A stretch of 64,000 nucleotides of DNA from a bacterium (GCA_963674965.2 CAXXFL010000005.1:320001-384000); one strand, 5' to 3'. Positions 9,491 through 19,722 are shown, counted from the first letter of the stretch. Made by a program: numbers and translations. The notes: generated by a model from the sequence alone, not told the origin.

Positions 9491-10597
9491 CTATAAGGGA
9501 CCGGCGGAATAAAGGGTCTTTTTCCGGTCGCCCCTGCCTTTGCCGGGGACGCCGCCCGCGGTCTCGATGGCGTCAAGGGCCCGCTTCACGTGCCATTCGT
9601 AACCGCGGCTTGGCCTGCCCGGATAAACGTCGTAAAAGGGCCGGTAAACCCGGGGTGTAAAAACCGGCATGATCACGTTGGCCCCAGCCTTCAGGCCAAG
9701 CTCGTATCCTTGCCTCCGGTTGACCGTGGCCAGGGCCGTGGTGGCGGGTATGTTGGCCTCCGGGCAAAGCACCCGGGTCAGGGCGGTGACCTTGCGGGCA
9801 AGGAGGTCGACCTTGTTGAAATAGCCGCTCAAGTCGCCGATCTCGGACAGGGCCCTCGCGCCCAGGGGCGTGGACGGGTGGGGGATATAGGGACCGCTTC
9901 CCACCATGTCCAGGTCCAGCTTCCGGAAGACGTCCAGGTCGCGGGCCAGGCTCGGAAGGCCCTGGCCGGGAAGACCCACCATGACGCCGCCTCCGATCTC
10001 GTATCCCATCTCCCGCAGGGCGAGCAGAATCTCGATCCGGCCCGGACGGCCGGGACCGGCGGCCGGGTGTATCTTGCGGTAAAGGTCCTCGTCCGTGGTC
10101 TCGAGCTTCAAAAGGTACCTGTCGGCGCCCATGTCGCGCCACCTTCTATAGTCGTCCAGCGGACGCTCGCCCACGCTGAGGGTCACGGCCAGAGGAAAGC
10201 GGACCTTGATGGCCCCCACCACCTCGGCCAGCCACTCGGCGCTCATGGCCGGGTCCTCCCCCGACTGGAGCACCACCGTGCCGCAGCCCGAAAGAAAAGC
10301 CAACTCCGAGCGCCTGACGATCTCGGTCTTGCTCATGCGGTAGCGGGCAAGGTCGGACGCGTCCGACCTGATGCCGCAATACAGGCATTTTCTCGAGCAG
10401 CAGTTCGAGAACTCGATCAGGCCGCGAAGATGGACCTCCGACCCCACCGTCTCGAGACGGACGCGATGGGCGGCCTCGAACAAGGCCTCCTTTTCCTCTT
10501 GCCCCTCTTGTCTTAGCCACTCCAGGATTTCCGTCCTGGACATGTCCCGGCTCGGATCGCGTCTCGTTTCTAAACTCGCCTTTTCAAGCTCGGGCAT
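9491..10597 (-). CDS. hydE: [FeFe]-hydrogenase maturase HydE (radical SAM)
   Basis: RGLIEFSN, CSRKCLYC, VVLQSGED, ANIPATTAL, GANVIMP, YDVY; hydrogenase context. Confidence 0.9.
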   Translation of the reverse strand: MPELEKASLETRRDPSRDMSRTEILEWLRQEGQEEKEALFEAAHRVRLETVGSEVHLRGLIEFSNCCSRKCLYCGIRSDASDLARYRMSKTEIVRRSELAFLSGCGTVVLQSGEDPAMSAEWLAEVVGAIKVRFPLAVTLSVGERPLDDYRRWRDMGADRYLLKLETTDEDLYRKIHPAAGPGRPGRIEILLALREMGYEIGGGVMVGLPGQGLPSLARDLDVFRKLDLDMVGSGPYIPHPSTPLGARALSEIGDLSGYFNKVDLLARKVTALTRVLCPEANIPATTALATVNRRQGYELGLKAGANVIMPVFTPRVYRPFYDVYPGRPSRGYEWHVKRALDAIETAGGVPGKGRGDRKKTLYSAGPL

Positions 10598-11765
10598 TTT
10601 GCGCTCCTTTGAAAAGGGTCACCGTGAACGAGCTGCCCTGGCCGGGTGTGCTCTTCACCTCGACCTTGCCCCCGTATAGAGACGAGAGTCGCGACACTAT
10701 CGAGAGGCCAAGTCCCGTGCCCTCGATCTCCCTGGTCCTATCGTTCTTGACGCGATAAAAATCCTGGAACAGGCCGGACGACTCCTCGGGCGTCATGCCC
10801 AGGCCGGAGTCGGAGACGGTCAGGACCATTCGGTCGTCCTGCTCTTGCATCGACGCCTCGACCCGGCCGCCATCCACGTTGTACTTCACGGCGTTGGAAA
10901 CGAGGTTCCTCGCGATCGTCTCGATCTCGCGCCGGTCCGCCTGGAAAACGAGCTCGTCCGGGGCGCTGAGCTCGAGTTTTATCCCGCGCTTTTCAGCCTC
11001 CTCCCGGAAGGACTCGAGGGCTTCCCGGACGATGGGGACAAGGTCTTGCTCTCGCGGGTCCCTCGGATAACGGCCGCACTCGATGCCGGTCACGTCTAGA
11101 AGATCGAGAATCAGCTTCCTCATGCCCCTGATCCTGGCCACGCTCCTCTCCACCAGTTCCTTCGCCCGCGCGGGATCGTCCTCCAGCGTCCCGTCGCCCA
11201 GGATGCAAAGGTACTGCTCGACCGCCGCGATGGGACTCTTCAACTCGTGGGCCACCATCGAGATCATCTGGTAACGGAAAAGGCGCCTCTCCTTTTCCAA
11301 CTCCCTCGCCCTCCTCGAGACCAGAAGGTGCTTGGCCGCCTTGTAGACCGAGGCCTTAAGCTCGTTGGGCGAAAAGGGCTTGGGCAAAAGGTCGAAGGCC
11401 CCCCGCCGCGTGGCCGACACGGCCGTCTCGATCGAGGCGTAGGCCGTGATCATGATGGTGAGCATGTCCCTCTCGTCCTCCATGACCCTGGACAGCACGT
11501 CGAGCCCGGACGCTCGGGGAAGCTTCAGGTCCAGAAGCAGAAGGTCGGGATTTGTCGCCGCTATCTTCTCGAGGGCCTCCTCCCCGGTCTCGGCCGAGTC
11601 CACCTCGAAGCCCACCTCGAAGCCCCACTCCGGGGCAAAGACCCGATAGCCGGAAAGGACCCGCTCCACCGCCAGCCTCATCCCCAACTCGTCGTCAACG
11701 ACCAGGGCCTTCAAGGTCAGGCTTTTCGACCCATGGCCGGCGAGCATGGACCCCGTCTCCATCAT
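10584..11765 (-). CDS. Receiver + histidine kinase hybrid (REC-HisKA-HATPase)
   Basis: VVDDE, LLLDLKLP, KPF; H-box AHELKSP; N-box NLVSNAVKY; GTGLGL; start at MMETG 11765 (ATGA overlap). Confidence 0.9.
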   Translation of the reverse strand: MMETGSMLAGHGSKSLTLKALVVDDELGMRLAVERVLSGYRVFAPEWGFEVGFEVDSAETGEEALEKIAATNPDLLLLDLKLPRASGLDVLSRVMEDERDMLTIMITAYASIETAVSATRRGAFDLLPKPFSPNELKASVYKAAKHLLVSRRARELEKERRLFRYQMISMVAHELKSPIAAVEQYLCILGDGTLEDDPARAKELVERSVARIRGMRKLILDLLDVTGIECGRYPRDPREQDLVPIVREALESFREEAEKRGIKLELSAPDELVFQADRREIETIARNLVSNAVKYNVDGGRVEASMQEQDDRMVLTVSDSGLGMTPEESSGLFQDFYRVKNDRTREIEGTGLGLSIVSRLSSLYGGKVEVKSTPGQGSSFTVTLFKGAQNARA

Positions 11766-13765
11766 TGCCTCTCCCCCCTGGGCAGGGACACGGTGAACCT
11801 CGAGCCCGTCTTGCCCTTGGCGCCGTCCGCGTTGGACTCGGCCTTCAAATCGCCGCCGTGCATCTTCACTATCCCGTAGGCCACGGCCAGACCCAGGCCC
11901 GTTCCCTTGCCCAGCTTCTTGGTGGTGAAGAAGGGGTCGAATATCCTCGAGATGTCCTCCTCTTTTATGCCGCATCCCTCGTCCTCGACGATGAAGTGGA
12001 CAAGCGAATGGTTGCCCCCCGTCTCGATCTTCAATTGGCCGCCCTCCGGCATGGCGTCAAAGGCGTTCTCGATCAAATTGGTCAGCACCTGCGTCACCTG
12101 GTCTCCATCCAGGTCGGCCGACTTGTTTCCGTCCCCGTCCATCCTGGCGATGGTCACGTTCCCGGGCGGGTCCAGGCCGCGAAGGGCCGCGTCCACCAGG
12201 CTCGATAGCTCGGCGGGCCGCTTGGCCAGGGTGTTCTGGCGGGCGAAGTTCAAAAGGCCGGCCACTATCTTCTTGCACCGGTCGGTCTGCTCGACGATCA
12301 TCTCGAGGTCGGGTTTGGCCGAGGACCCGGGGTCCGCGTCCTCCAAAAGCATGTGGGAATACATGAGCACCACCCCGAGGGGGTTGTTGATCTCGTGGGC
12401 TATGCCGGCGGCCAGTCGTCCCATGCCGGCCAGCTTCTCCGACTGGACCAGGGCCTCACGGGCGCCGGCCAGCCGCTCGTTCGAGAGGGCCAGTTCCTTG
12501 ACCGTCTTCTTGAGCTGGTCGATGGTGTAGGGAAGACACATCTCGGACTCGGCCAGGCCCCGGTGGATGGCCACGGCGTGCTCGAGGCAGGAGTCGTACC
12601 CGCAGGCGCCGCAGTTCAGCTCGTCCTCCGGCGAGGTCTTGCCCATCGAGGCCAGTATCTCCCGCACCTCGTCGCGGGTGGGAGAGTCGGTCCTCTTGTC
12701 GTTGGGCTCGTAGTCCCGCGAAAGATCGAGGTCGTCGAGCGACGAAACCTCGGCCCACCATTTGTCGTGGTCCAGTTTGTCGAGTCTTTCCCTTACGTGG
12801 GCCAGCACTCTCTCCCGCCTCCTGAAAAGGGGAAGGTCGCTCGATATGCCCGGTCCCATGATGCAGCCGTTGCAGCAAAGGGTCTCGAGCAGGCGCACGT
12901 TAAGGTCCCCGTTCTCGAACTCCTTGATGGCCTCGATGAAATTGCCGCGGCCGTCGGCCGCCACCACGTCTCCGGGCAGAAGGTCGTCGGAGATATTGGC
13001 GGCCTGAAGCATTCCCCGGCTGACGGGAAAAAGGGAGCCGGCGCCCGGGTGGGGAGGGTCGAACTCGGAGACGCCCGAGTTGGCGGGAGATATTCCCATC
13101 CGCTCGAAAAGGGACCTGAGCTCGGTGAAGGTGAGAACGGCGTCCACGTCGCCCTCGAGACCGGCGGCCTCCTTTTCCGCCTTCTTGGCTATGCACGGCC
13201 CGATGAAGACTATTTTCAGGTCGGCGCCGTAAATCCGGTGCAGGGCCCTGGCCTCGGCGATCATGGGCGAGACCACCCGGGCCAGGCCACCAACCAGCTC
13301 GGGATGGAAGCGCTGCACGTACTCGACGATGGCGGGGCAGTTGGCGGCGATGTACCTTCCCGGCTCTCCCGAGTCCAGGAGCCTGCGATACCGCCGGGCC
13401 ACGAGGTCGGCCCCGAACCCGACCTCGCAAACCAGGTCGAAGCCCAGGCGCCTGACCATGCCCGCCAGGGTCTTGGGGTCCATCTCCACGAACTCGGCCG
13501 GAAAGCTGGGCGCCAGGCAAGCGGCCACGCGATGGGCGGACTCGATAAGGGCCCTCGCCCGGCCCACCGAGCTGAGGACCTTCTTGGCCCGCCGGCTGCA
13601 AACCCGGACGCAGTTGCCGCAGCCGATGCAGCGCTCGGTTATGACCTCGGCCTGGCCGCCCCGCACCCGGATGGCCTTGGCCGGGCACTCGCGAACGCAG
13701 GCGTAACAAACGCCGCAAAGCTCCTTGATAGTCGAGACCAGCGGCGTTTCAGGATAAGAGTCCAC
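11762..13765 (-). CDS. Sensory (group C-like) [FeFe]-hydrogenase domain fused to a histidine kinase
   Basis: Two 4Fe-4S motifs (CGVCYACVRECP, CIGCGNCVRVC); LAPSF; P1 AANCP, P2 GPCIAKKAE, P3 ETLCCNGCIMGPG; FeS motif NCGACGYDSC..EMC; H-box AHEINNP; GTGLGL. Confidence 0.88.
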   Translation of the reverse strand: MDSYPETPLVSTIKELCGVCYACVRECPAKAIRVRGGQAEVITERCIGCGNCVRVCSRRAKKVLSSVGRARALIESAHRVAACLAPSFPAEFVEMDPKTLAGMVRRLGFDLVCEVGFGADLVARRYRRLLDSGEPGRYIAANCPAIVEYVQRFHPELVGGLARVVSPMIAEARALHRIYGADLKIVFIGPCIAKKAEKEAAGLEGDVDAVLTFTELRSLFERMGISPANSGVSEFDPPHPGAGSLFPVSRGMLQAANISDDLLPGDVVAADGRGNFIEAIKEFENGDLNVRLLETLCCNGCIMGPGISSDLPLFRRRERVLAHVRERLDKLDHDKWWAEVSSLDDLDLSRDYEPNDKRTDSPTRDEVREILASMGKTSPEDELNCGACGYDSCLEHAVAIHRGLAESEMCLPYTIDQLKKTVKELALSNERLAGAREALVQSEKLAGMGRLAAGIAHEINNPLGVVLMYSHMLLEDADPGSSAKPDLEMIVEQTDRCKKIVAGLLNFARQNTLAKRPAELSSLVDAALRGLDPPGNVTIARMDGDGNKSADLDGDQVTQVLTNLIENAFDAMPEGGQLKIETGGNHSLVHFIVEDEGCGIKEEDISRIFDPFFTTKKLGKGTGLGLAVAYGIVKMHGGDLKAESNADGAKGKTGSRFTVSLPRGERQ

Positions 13766-13799
13766 CTTTTACTCCACGCGTTTTCGCGAGACGTCTCGC

Positions 13800-14207
13800 C
13801 TATCGCCCTTCCATGCCCCTGGAATCGGGACCCGACGAGACTTGTCCCACCATCTCGTGGCCGGCGCGGTCCCAGACGCGGGGAAAACGCCCGGCCACTA
13901 GCCGCCCGATCCACGCGACGAACTTTTCGCGCTCGATCTCGGGCATCCTTCCCCAATCCCCGACGCAAAGCCCGAACCTTCCGGGCAACTCGATCCTCTC
14001 CACCTCGCCGCGGGAGGGGGTCTCGCGGACGTCGCCGGCAATAAAGGACCAGCGCCTGCCCATTACCTCGACGAACCAGAGGCGGGTATCGAAATCGGAC
14101 TTGACGTGCAAAGACAAGGCGTCCAGGGCGGTGGCCAGGTCGGCGCTCCTTATCGCCTCCTCGCACTCGCGGAGCCAGGCGTCAAAATCTGAGGTCTCTT
14201 TTTCCAT
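13800..14207 (-). CDS. Hypothetical protein in the hydrogenase operon
   Basis: 135-aa ORF filling the gap between hydG and the sensory hydrogenase; no recognised motif. Confidence 0.55.
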   Translation of the reverse strand: MEKETSDFDAWLRECEEAIRSADLATALDALSLHVKSDFDTRLWFVEVMGRRWSFIAGDVRETPSRGEVERIELPGRFGLCVGDWGRMPEIEREKFVAWIGRLVAGRFPRVWDRAGHEMVGQVSSGPDSRGMEGR

Positions 14208-15648
14208 TCTCGATCTCCCCCAGCTTTTCCAAGAGGGCGGGAACGATCCCGGCGGGAACGTCCTTCATCCTCTCGCCGATGAGTTTCTCTCCGATCCTTC
14301 TCGTTTCCTCGGAGGCGTAGTCCATAAGATATTCCTTGAAGGTCAGGATGGCGTTGGGAACGCAGAAATTATGGACCTTGCCCTCCTTGGCTATCTTCAT
14401 GAAGTAAGACCCGGTCCGGCCGCACCGGTAACCCGCAGTGCAAAAGGACGTGAGCCATCCCATGCCGGCCAGTTCCCGAATGACCTCGTCCAGGCTCCTC
14501 GGGTCCCCGATCATGAACTGCTGTTTGGTCTGGTCCTGCTCGCCCCCCGTCTCGCTGTAGGCCCCGATGCCGATCTTGGTCGAGGCGTCGGTCTGGGTGC
14601 AGCCCACGTTGATCACGTCCCGCCTGATATGGGCCGGCTCCCGCGCCGTCAGGATCATGCCCGTGTAGGGGACGGAGAGCCGGATGACGGTCACCAGCCT
14701 TTTGAAGTCGCGGTCGCTAACCATGTAGGGAGACCCGGTGGTAAGGGGAGAGTTGGACGCCGGCTCGAGCCGGGGAAAGGAAATGGTATGCGGCCCGATC
14801 CCGTCGAACTTGCTTTCCAGGTCGATGGCGTGAAGGAGCAGCCCCATGACCTCGAACTTCCAGTCGTAAAGTCCGAAGAGGGCCCCGATGGCCACGTCGT
14901 CCACTCCCGCCTCGAGGGCCCGGTGCAGGGCGTACAGGCGCCATCCGTAATGGGCCTTGATCCCGCGGGGATGGACCCGGCGATAGGTCTCGTGATGATA
15001 GGTCTCCTGGAAGACCTGGAAGGTCCCGATGCCCGCGTCGCGGAGTATCTTGAGATGGGAGATGGACTGGGGGGCCGCGTTTATGTTCACCCGCCTTATT
15101 TCCCCGTTGCCCGACTTGGTCTCGTACACGGCCTTGATGGTGTCGGCTATGTAATCCACGTCCGACTCCGGGTGCTCGCCGTAAACCATGATGAGCCTTT
15201 TATGTCCTATTTCCACCAATACCTTCGTCTCCCGCTTTACTTGCTCGAGGGACAGCTTGATTCTTTTTTCATCCTGGTTTTCTCTTCGGAAGCCGCAGTA
15301 CAGGCAGGAGTTGACGCAAAGGTTCGAGCAGTAAAGGGGGGCGAAGGTCACGATACGGGGACCGTAGACTTTCAACTTCACGGCCAGCCCGGTTTTAAAC
15401 ATCTCTTGCCAGACGTCCTCGTCCTCGACGTTCAAAAGGGCGGCGGTCTCCTCGGGCTCGAGCCTTTTGAGGGCGAGGGACTTATCCAGGATATCTTTGA
15501 TTCTTTTCGGGTCGGGCGATCGGTTTTTCCGAAGGGTCGCGGATATCTTGGCGTCGTCAATAAAGTCGGTCCCCATATCGAGGTATCTTTCAATCTCGCG
15601 TTCCTTTATGACCGATTCCATCCATTCTTCTTTTTTCAAGGCCCTCAT
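14182..15648 (-). CDS. hydG: [FeFe]-hydrogenase maturase HydG
   Basis: FAPLY, CVNSCLYC, VFQETYH, GPHTISFPR; C-terminal CX5CX19C auxiliary-cluster motif; AGGAG RBS. Confidence 0.93.
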   Translation of the reverse strand: MRALKKEEWMESVIKEREIERYLDMGTDFIDDAKISATLRKNRSPDPKRIKDILDKSLALKRLEPEETAALLNVEDEDVWQEMFKTGLAVKLKVYGPRIVTFAPLYCSNLCVNSCLYCGFRRENQDEKRIKLSLEQVKRETKVLVEIGHKRLIMVYGEHPESDVDYIADTIKAVYETKSGNGEIRRVNINAAPQSISHLKILRDAGIGTFQVFQETYHHETYRRVHPRGIKAHYGWRLYALHRALEAGVDDVAIGALFGLYDWKFEVMGLLLHAIDLESKFDGIGPHTISFPRLEPASNSPLTTGSPYMVSDRDFKRLVTVIRLSVPYTGMILTAREPAHIRRDVINVGCTQTDASTKIGIGAYSETGGEQDQTKQQFMIGDPRSLDEVIRELAGMGWLTSFCTAGYRCGRTGSYFMKIAKEGKVHNFCVPNAILTFKEYLMDYASEETRRIGEKLIGERMKDVPAGIVPALLEKLGEIENGKRDLRF

Positions 15649-15652
15649 ATTT

Positions 15653-17545
15653 CTACTCCTTGTCCTCCCCGGCGGGAAGGACCACGGTGAAGGTGGTTCC
15701 CTTTCCCTCCTCGGTCCGGAAACTTATCTCACCGCCGTGCGCCTTTACTATCTCCCTTACGATGGCCAGGCCCAGGCCCGTGCCCATTTCCCGCTCGGCC
15801 TTGGCGTTGTCGGCCCTGAAGAACTCGGTGAAGACCATGTGCTTTTGCGCGCTGGGGATGCCGATGCCCTCGTCGATGACCTCGATTCGAGTTCCCTTTT
15901 CCGAGGGCGAGAATATGGCCTTGACCCGCTTGCCGGCGGGCGTGTATTTGACCGAGTTCGAGACCAGGTTCTCGAGCGCCCGCTCGATGGCCTCCGAGTC
16001 TCCCAGCGGGCTTGGCGTTCCCGGCTCGACTCGGACCTCGAACTCGAGCCCCTTTTCCAGGGCCTCGTCATGGAAGGTCCTTTCCAGCCGTCCGGCCAGC
16101 CACTCCGGATCGAGCGGCTTTTTCTCGGCCCTTTTCAGCTCCGACTTGGACCTGCTCAGATCGAGAAGCTCCGAGACCAGCTCGAGCATGGTCCTGGCTC
16201 TCCGGTCCACTCTGCGCAGGTACTCGGACTGGTCGGGACCCAGGTCCCCGAGACTCCCGTCCCTTAAGACCTCGAGCATGCTGATAATGGCGGCGAGAGG
16301 CGCCCTCAGGTTATGGGCGACCCTCAGCATGAACCTGGCCCGCTCCTCGGAGTGTCGCCCGATCGTCTCGTAGGCCCTGGCGTTGGCCAGGGCTATGCCC
16401 GCCAGGCCGGCGGCAAGCTGGAAAAACTCGAGATGGTCCTTACCGAACTCTCCCGTCCTCTCGCCGTAGGCCCCCAGTACTCCCAGTATCTCGTCGCCGC
16501 TTTTAATGGGAACGAAGAGGGCGGACCTGACTCCGGCCTCGGCCAGGACCTCGCGGAACTGGAAAGCCTCTCCCGACCGGATATCCTCCGCGATGTGGCT
16601 CTCGCCTTTCAGGACCCTTTTATTGACCGGGCTTTTCTCGACCTCGATCTCCTTTTCCAAAAGTCCCGGGGGCAGGCCGAAGGACGCCGCGTAGGCGAGC
16701 CTTTTGCCGTCCTCGCTTAGAAGCTTGAGGGAGGCCCCCTTTACCACCATGACCTTGGCCAGCTCGTCGGCCAAGACCTGGAGCACCTCGTTGATGCTCC
16801 TGGCCGAGAGCACCGCCTCGGTCATGAGGTACAAGCTCCTGAGCTTGTCGTTGATCTCCCGGACCTTGCGCGTGGCCCGGGCCAGGTCCGTGACCCTCTT
16901 CCTGAGGGCGGCCACCACCGAGTTGGCCGAATAGGCCGTGACGATCAGGGTGGCCGTGAAAAAGCCGATCTCGACCAGGGCGAAGGCGTCGCCGCCGGAC
17001 GGTCCCATTTCCACGCCTTTATAGGTCAGGGCGTGGCCGGCCAGGACGCCGCCTCTTTCCATGACGTGCAAGACGGCCGTTCCCGAGGCCGCCAGCCCCG
17101 CGAACAGGTAGGCGCTCCTGGGCGGCAGCAGGATGGCGGCGAAGATGACGTGGAAGATGAAGAAGAAAAGAAGAGGACTGGCCACGCCCCCGGTGTAATG
17201 GATAAGGGCGAACATGGCGGCGTAGTCAAGGCCCACCTGGAGGTGGGCGAAGGATAAAATCCTCTTTCCGTCCGGTTCCCCTTTGCCGACTCCCGCTCCA
17301 ATTATCTTGAGAAGGACGTTATAGGCGAGTATTGAAGCGGCCGCGGCCATCATGGCGAGGAGGGGGAACTCGAACCCGAGGACCGCCCCCACGCATGAGG
17401 CGGCGATCACGGCGGGGGGCACGAGCCATCTCAGCCGGATGAACCAGAGGTTCACCCTGCCCAGCTCGGCGAGGGCGATTTTGTTTTCGCCTCTCGCCAA
17501 GCCAAGCGAGGTTTCATCCTCCCGGACCTTTTCCTCTCGGTTCAT
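15653..17545 (-). CDS. Membrane-bound GAF-domain sensor histidine kinase
   Basis: About 5-6 TM helices (YTGGVASPLLFFF), GAF region, H-box AHNLRAPL, NLVSNSVKY, DEGIG, GTGLGL. Confidence 0.88.
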   Translation of the reverse strand: MNREEKVREDETSLGLARGENKIALAELGRVNLWFIRLRWLVPPAVIAASCVGAVLGFEFPLLAMMAAAASILAYNVLLKIIGAGVGKGEPDGKRILSFAHLQVGLDYAAMFALIHYTGGVASPLLFFFIFHVIFAAILLPPRSAYLFAGLAASGTAVLHVMERGGVLAGHALTYKGVEMGPSGGDAFALVEIGFFTATLIVTAYSANSVVAALRKRVTDLARATRKVREINDKLRSLYLMTEAVLSARSINEVLQVLADELAKVMVVKGASLKLLSEDGKRLAYAASFGLPPGLLEKEIEVEKSPVNKRVLKGESHIAEDIRSGEAFQFREVLAEAGVRSALFVPIKSGDEILGVLGAYGERTGEFGKDHLEFFQLAAGLAGIALANARAYETIGRHSEERARFMLRVAHNLRAPLAAIISMLEVLRDGSLGDLGPDQSEYLRRVDRRARTMLELVSELLDLSRSKSELKRAEKKPLDPEWLAGRLERTFHDEALEKGLEFEVRVEPGTPSPLGDSEAIERALENLVSNSVKYTPAGKRVKAIFSPSEKGTRIEVIDEGIGIPSAQKHMVFTEFFRADNAKAEREMGTGLGLAIVREIVKAHGGEISFRTEEGKGTTFTVVLPAGEDKE

Positions 17546-17560
17546 CGAGTGCCCCTTCCC

Positions 17561-17965
17561 TCAGTCGTTCCCCAAAATGGCGTCGATTTTTTTCAAGAGC
17601 TTCTTCGAGTCCACCGGTTTCTCGAACATCCACTTGGCGGGCCACGACTCTCCCAACACGTGCTGGAACTGGCCCGGCCCCTCGTCCTTGACCTTCTCGA
17701 GGAAGCTGGTCAGGATGATGATGGGCAGGTTGCCCAGCTTTTCGTCGTTCTTGAGCTCGTAGGCCAGGTCGAAGCCCTCGGTGTCGGTGGACATCATCAC
17801 GTCCAGGATGATGAGATCGGGGAGTTTTTTCCTCAGCTCGGCCAGGGCCTCCTTGCCGTTCGCCGCCGTGCGGACCTTGTAGTCCTTTCTCTCGAGAATG
17901 ATGCACAGGGAGTCTCGTATGTCCCTGTCGTCGTCAACCACCAGGATTTCACCTTTCCCTTCCAT
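17561..17965 (-). CDS. Single-domain response regulator
   Basis: VVDDD, IILDVMM, LTS, EKP; no output domain. Confidence 0.9.
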   Translation of the reverse strand: MEGKGEILVVDDDRDIRDSLCIILERKDYKVRTAANGKEALAELRKKLPDLIILDVMMSTDTEGFDLAYELKNDEKLGNLPIIILTSFLEKVKDEGPGQFQHVLGESWPAKWMFEKPVDSKKLLKKIDAILGND

Positions 17966-17994
17966 TTTTCGCCTCCTTTTCCGGCGCCCCGCTT

Positions 17995-19722
17995 TTAATA
18001 GTCCCTCGCCGTGTATTTAGTGTGAAGCAGATGATGGGACCTCTCTCCGAGCGGTTCCTTTAAGAACTTGTCGTAAAGCTCCTTGATGGCCGGGTTCAGG
18101 TGCGACTGCCTGAAGCTTTGAACCTCGGCGTCGTCGTTGTAAAGGGCCTGGGCGCGCAGGGCCCGCTTCTCGTCGCTGGCGGGCAGGGGCTGTCCGCCTC
18201 CGCCCACGCACCCGCCGGGGCAGGCCATGATCTCGATGAAGTGATAGTCCGCCTCTCCCGCCTTGACCTTGTCCATCAGCCTTCTGGCGTTGCCCAGTCC
18301 GTGGGCCACGGCGACCTTGACCAGTCCCAGGTCTCCCACCTCGAGGGCGGCCTCCTTGACTCCCTCCAGGCCCCGCACCGGGGTTATGTCCAGGCTCGGC
18401 ATCTCCTTGCCGTTGACCGCGGCGTAGACCGTGCGCAGCGCCGCCTCCATCACGCCGCCCGTGGCCCCGAAGATGGTGGCCGCTCCGGTGTACTGGCCCA
18501 TGGGCGGGTCGTAATCGTCGTCGGGCAGGTTGGCGAAGTCTATGCCCGCCTTTTTGATCATCCTGGCCAGCTCGCGCGTGGTCAGGACCAGGTCCACGTC
18601 CCGGAACCCGGAGGAGTTCATCTCCGGCCTGGCGGCCTCGTACTTCTTGGCCGTGCAGGGCATGATCGACACGGAGAAGATATCCTTGGGGTCTATGCCG
18701 GCGGACTCGGCGTAATAGGTTTTGGCCAGGGCCCCGAACATCTGCTGGGGGGACTTGCAAGTGGACACGTTGGGCAAAAGGGAAGGATAAAAGTGCTCGA
18801 TGAACTTGATCCAGCCGGGGCTGCAGGAGGTCATCATGGGAAGCACGCCGTTGTTCTTGACTCGGTAAAGCAGCTCGTTTCCCTCCTCGATGATGGTCAG
18901 GTCCGCGGTGAAGTTGGTGTCGAAGACCCTGTCGAACCCGAGTCTTCTCAGGGCGGCGATCATCTTGCCGGTGACGAGGGACCCCGGCGGCATGCCGAAC
19001 TCCTCTCCCAGTTGGGCCCTGATGGCGGGGGCCTCCTGGACCACCACGTGCCGGGAGGGGTCGTCGATGGCGTCCCATGCCAGGTCCGTCTCGTCTCTTT
19101 CCACGATGGCGCCCGTCGGGCAGACCACGGCGCACTGGCCGCAGAAGGTGCAGGCCGACTCGGCCAGGCTCTTGGACAGGGCGGGCACGACCCTCGACTC
19201 GAACCCCCTTCCCTCCGGCGTCAACAGGTTTACTCCCTGGACCTCGGCGCAGACCGTGACGCAGCGCAGGCAGTTGACGCACTTGCTGGAGTCCCTTACC
19301 AGGGCGGGCGAGGAATCGTCGATCTTGCGGCTCGAAAAGTCGGTCACGGGCACGGTGATCTTTCTCACGCCCACCAGCTCGGCCAGCCTCTGGAGCTCGC
19401 AGGACCCGTTCTTGAGACACAGGTTGCAGTCGGCCGGGTGGTCGGAAAGAAGGAACTCGACTATCCTTTTCCTCGCCCTCCTCACCCTGGCCGTGTTGGT
19501 TTTGACCTTCATGCCGGGGGCCACCGGGTAAACGCAGGAGGCCACCAGGCTCCTCGCCCTCTCGACCTCGACCACGCAGACCCGGCAGGCGCCCGGCGCG
19601 TGACCGATCTCGGGCATCGTGCAAAGCGTCGGTATGAATACTCCCACCTCGCGGGCGGCCTCGAGGACCGTGGTCCCCTCCGGGACCTCGACTTCAAGGT
19701 TGTCTATCGTAAGCTTAACCAT
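17995..19722 (-). CDS. hydA: [FeFe]-hydrogenase catalytic subunit (group A3, HydA/HndD-like)
   Basis: N-terminal 2Fe-2S, His-ligated 4Fe-4S (HPADCNLC), two 4Fe-4S; P1 TSCSPGW, P2 MPCTAKKYE, P3 EIMACPGGCVGGGGQP; C-terminal HHLLHT. Confidence 0.95.
   Translation of the reverse strand: MVKLTIDNLEVEVPEGTTVLEAAREVGVFIPTLCTMPEIGHAPGACRVCVVEVERARSLVASCVYPVAPGMKVKTNTARVRRARKRIVEFLLSDHPADCNLCLKNGSCELQRLAELVGVRKITVPVTDFSSRKIDDSSPALVRDSSKCVNCLRCVTVCAEVQGVNLLTPEGRGFESRVVPALSKSLAESACTFCGQCAVVCPTGAIVERDETDLAWDAIDDPSRHVVVQEAPAIRAQLGEEFGMPPGSLVTGKMIAALRRLGFDRVFDTNFTADLTIIEEGNELLYRVKNNGVLPMMTSCSPGWIKFIEHFYPSLLPNVSTCKSPQQMFGALAKTYYAESAGIDPKDIFSVSIMPCTAKKYEAARPEMNSSGFRDVDLVLTTRELARMIKKAGIDFANLPDDDYDPPMGQYTGAATIFGATGGVMEAALRTVYAAVNGKEMPSLDITPVRGLEGVKEAALEVGDLGLVKVAVAHGLGNARRLMDKVKAGEADYHFIEIMACPGGCVGGGGQPLPASDEKRALRAQALYNDDAEVQSFRQSHLNPAIKELYDKFLKEPLGERSHHLLHTKYTARDY

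Noticed and set aside
14360-14450. HydG lacking the CxxC auxiliary motif
   Set aside because: It has the known alternative CX5CX19C motif
18800-18840. HydA P1 motif TSCSP as an inactivating change
   Set aside because: TSC(C/S)P is a known natural variant among group A hydrogenases
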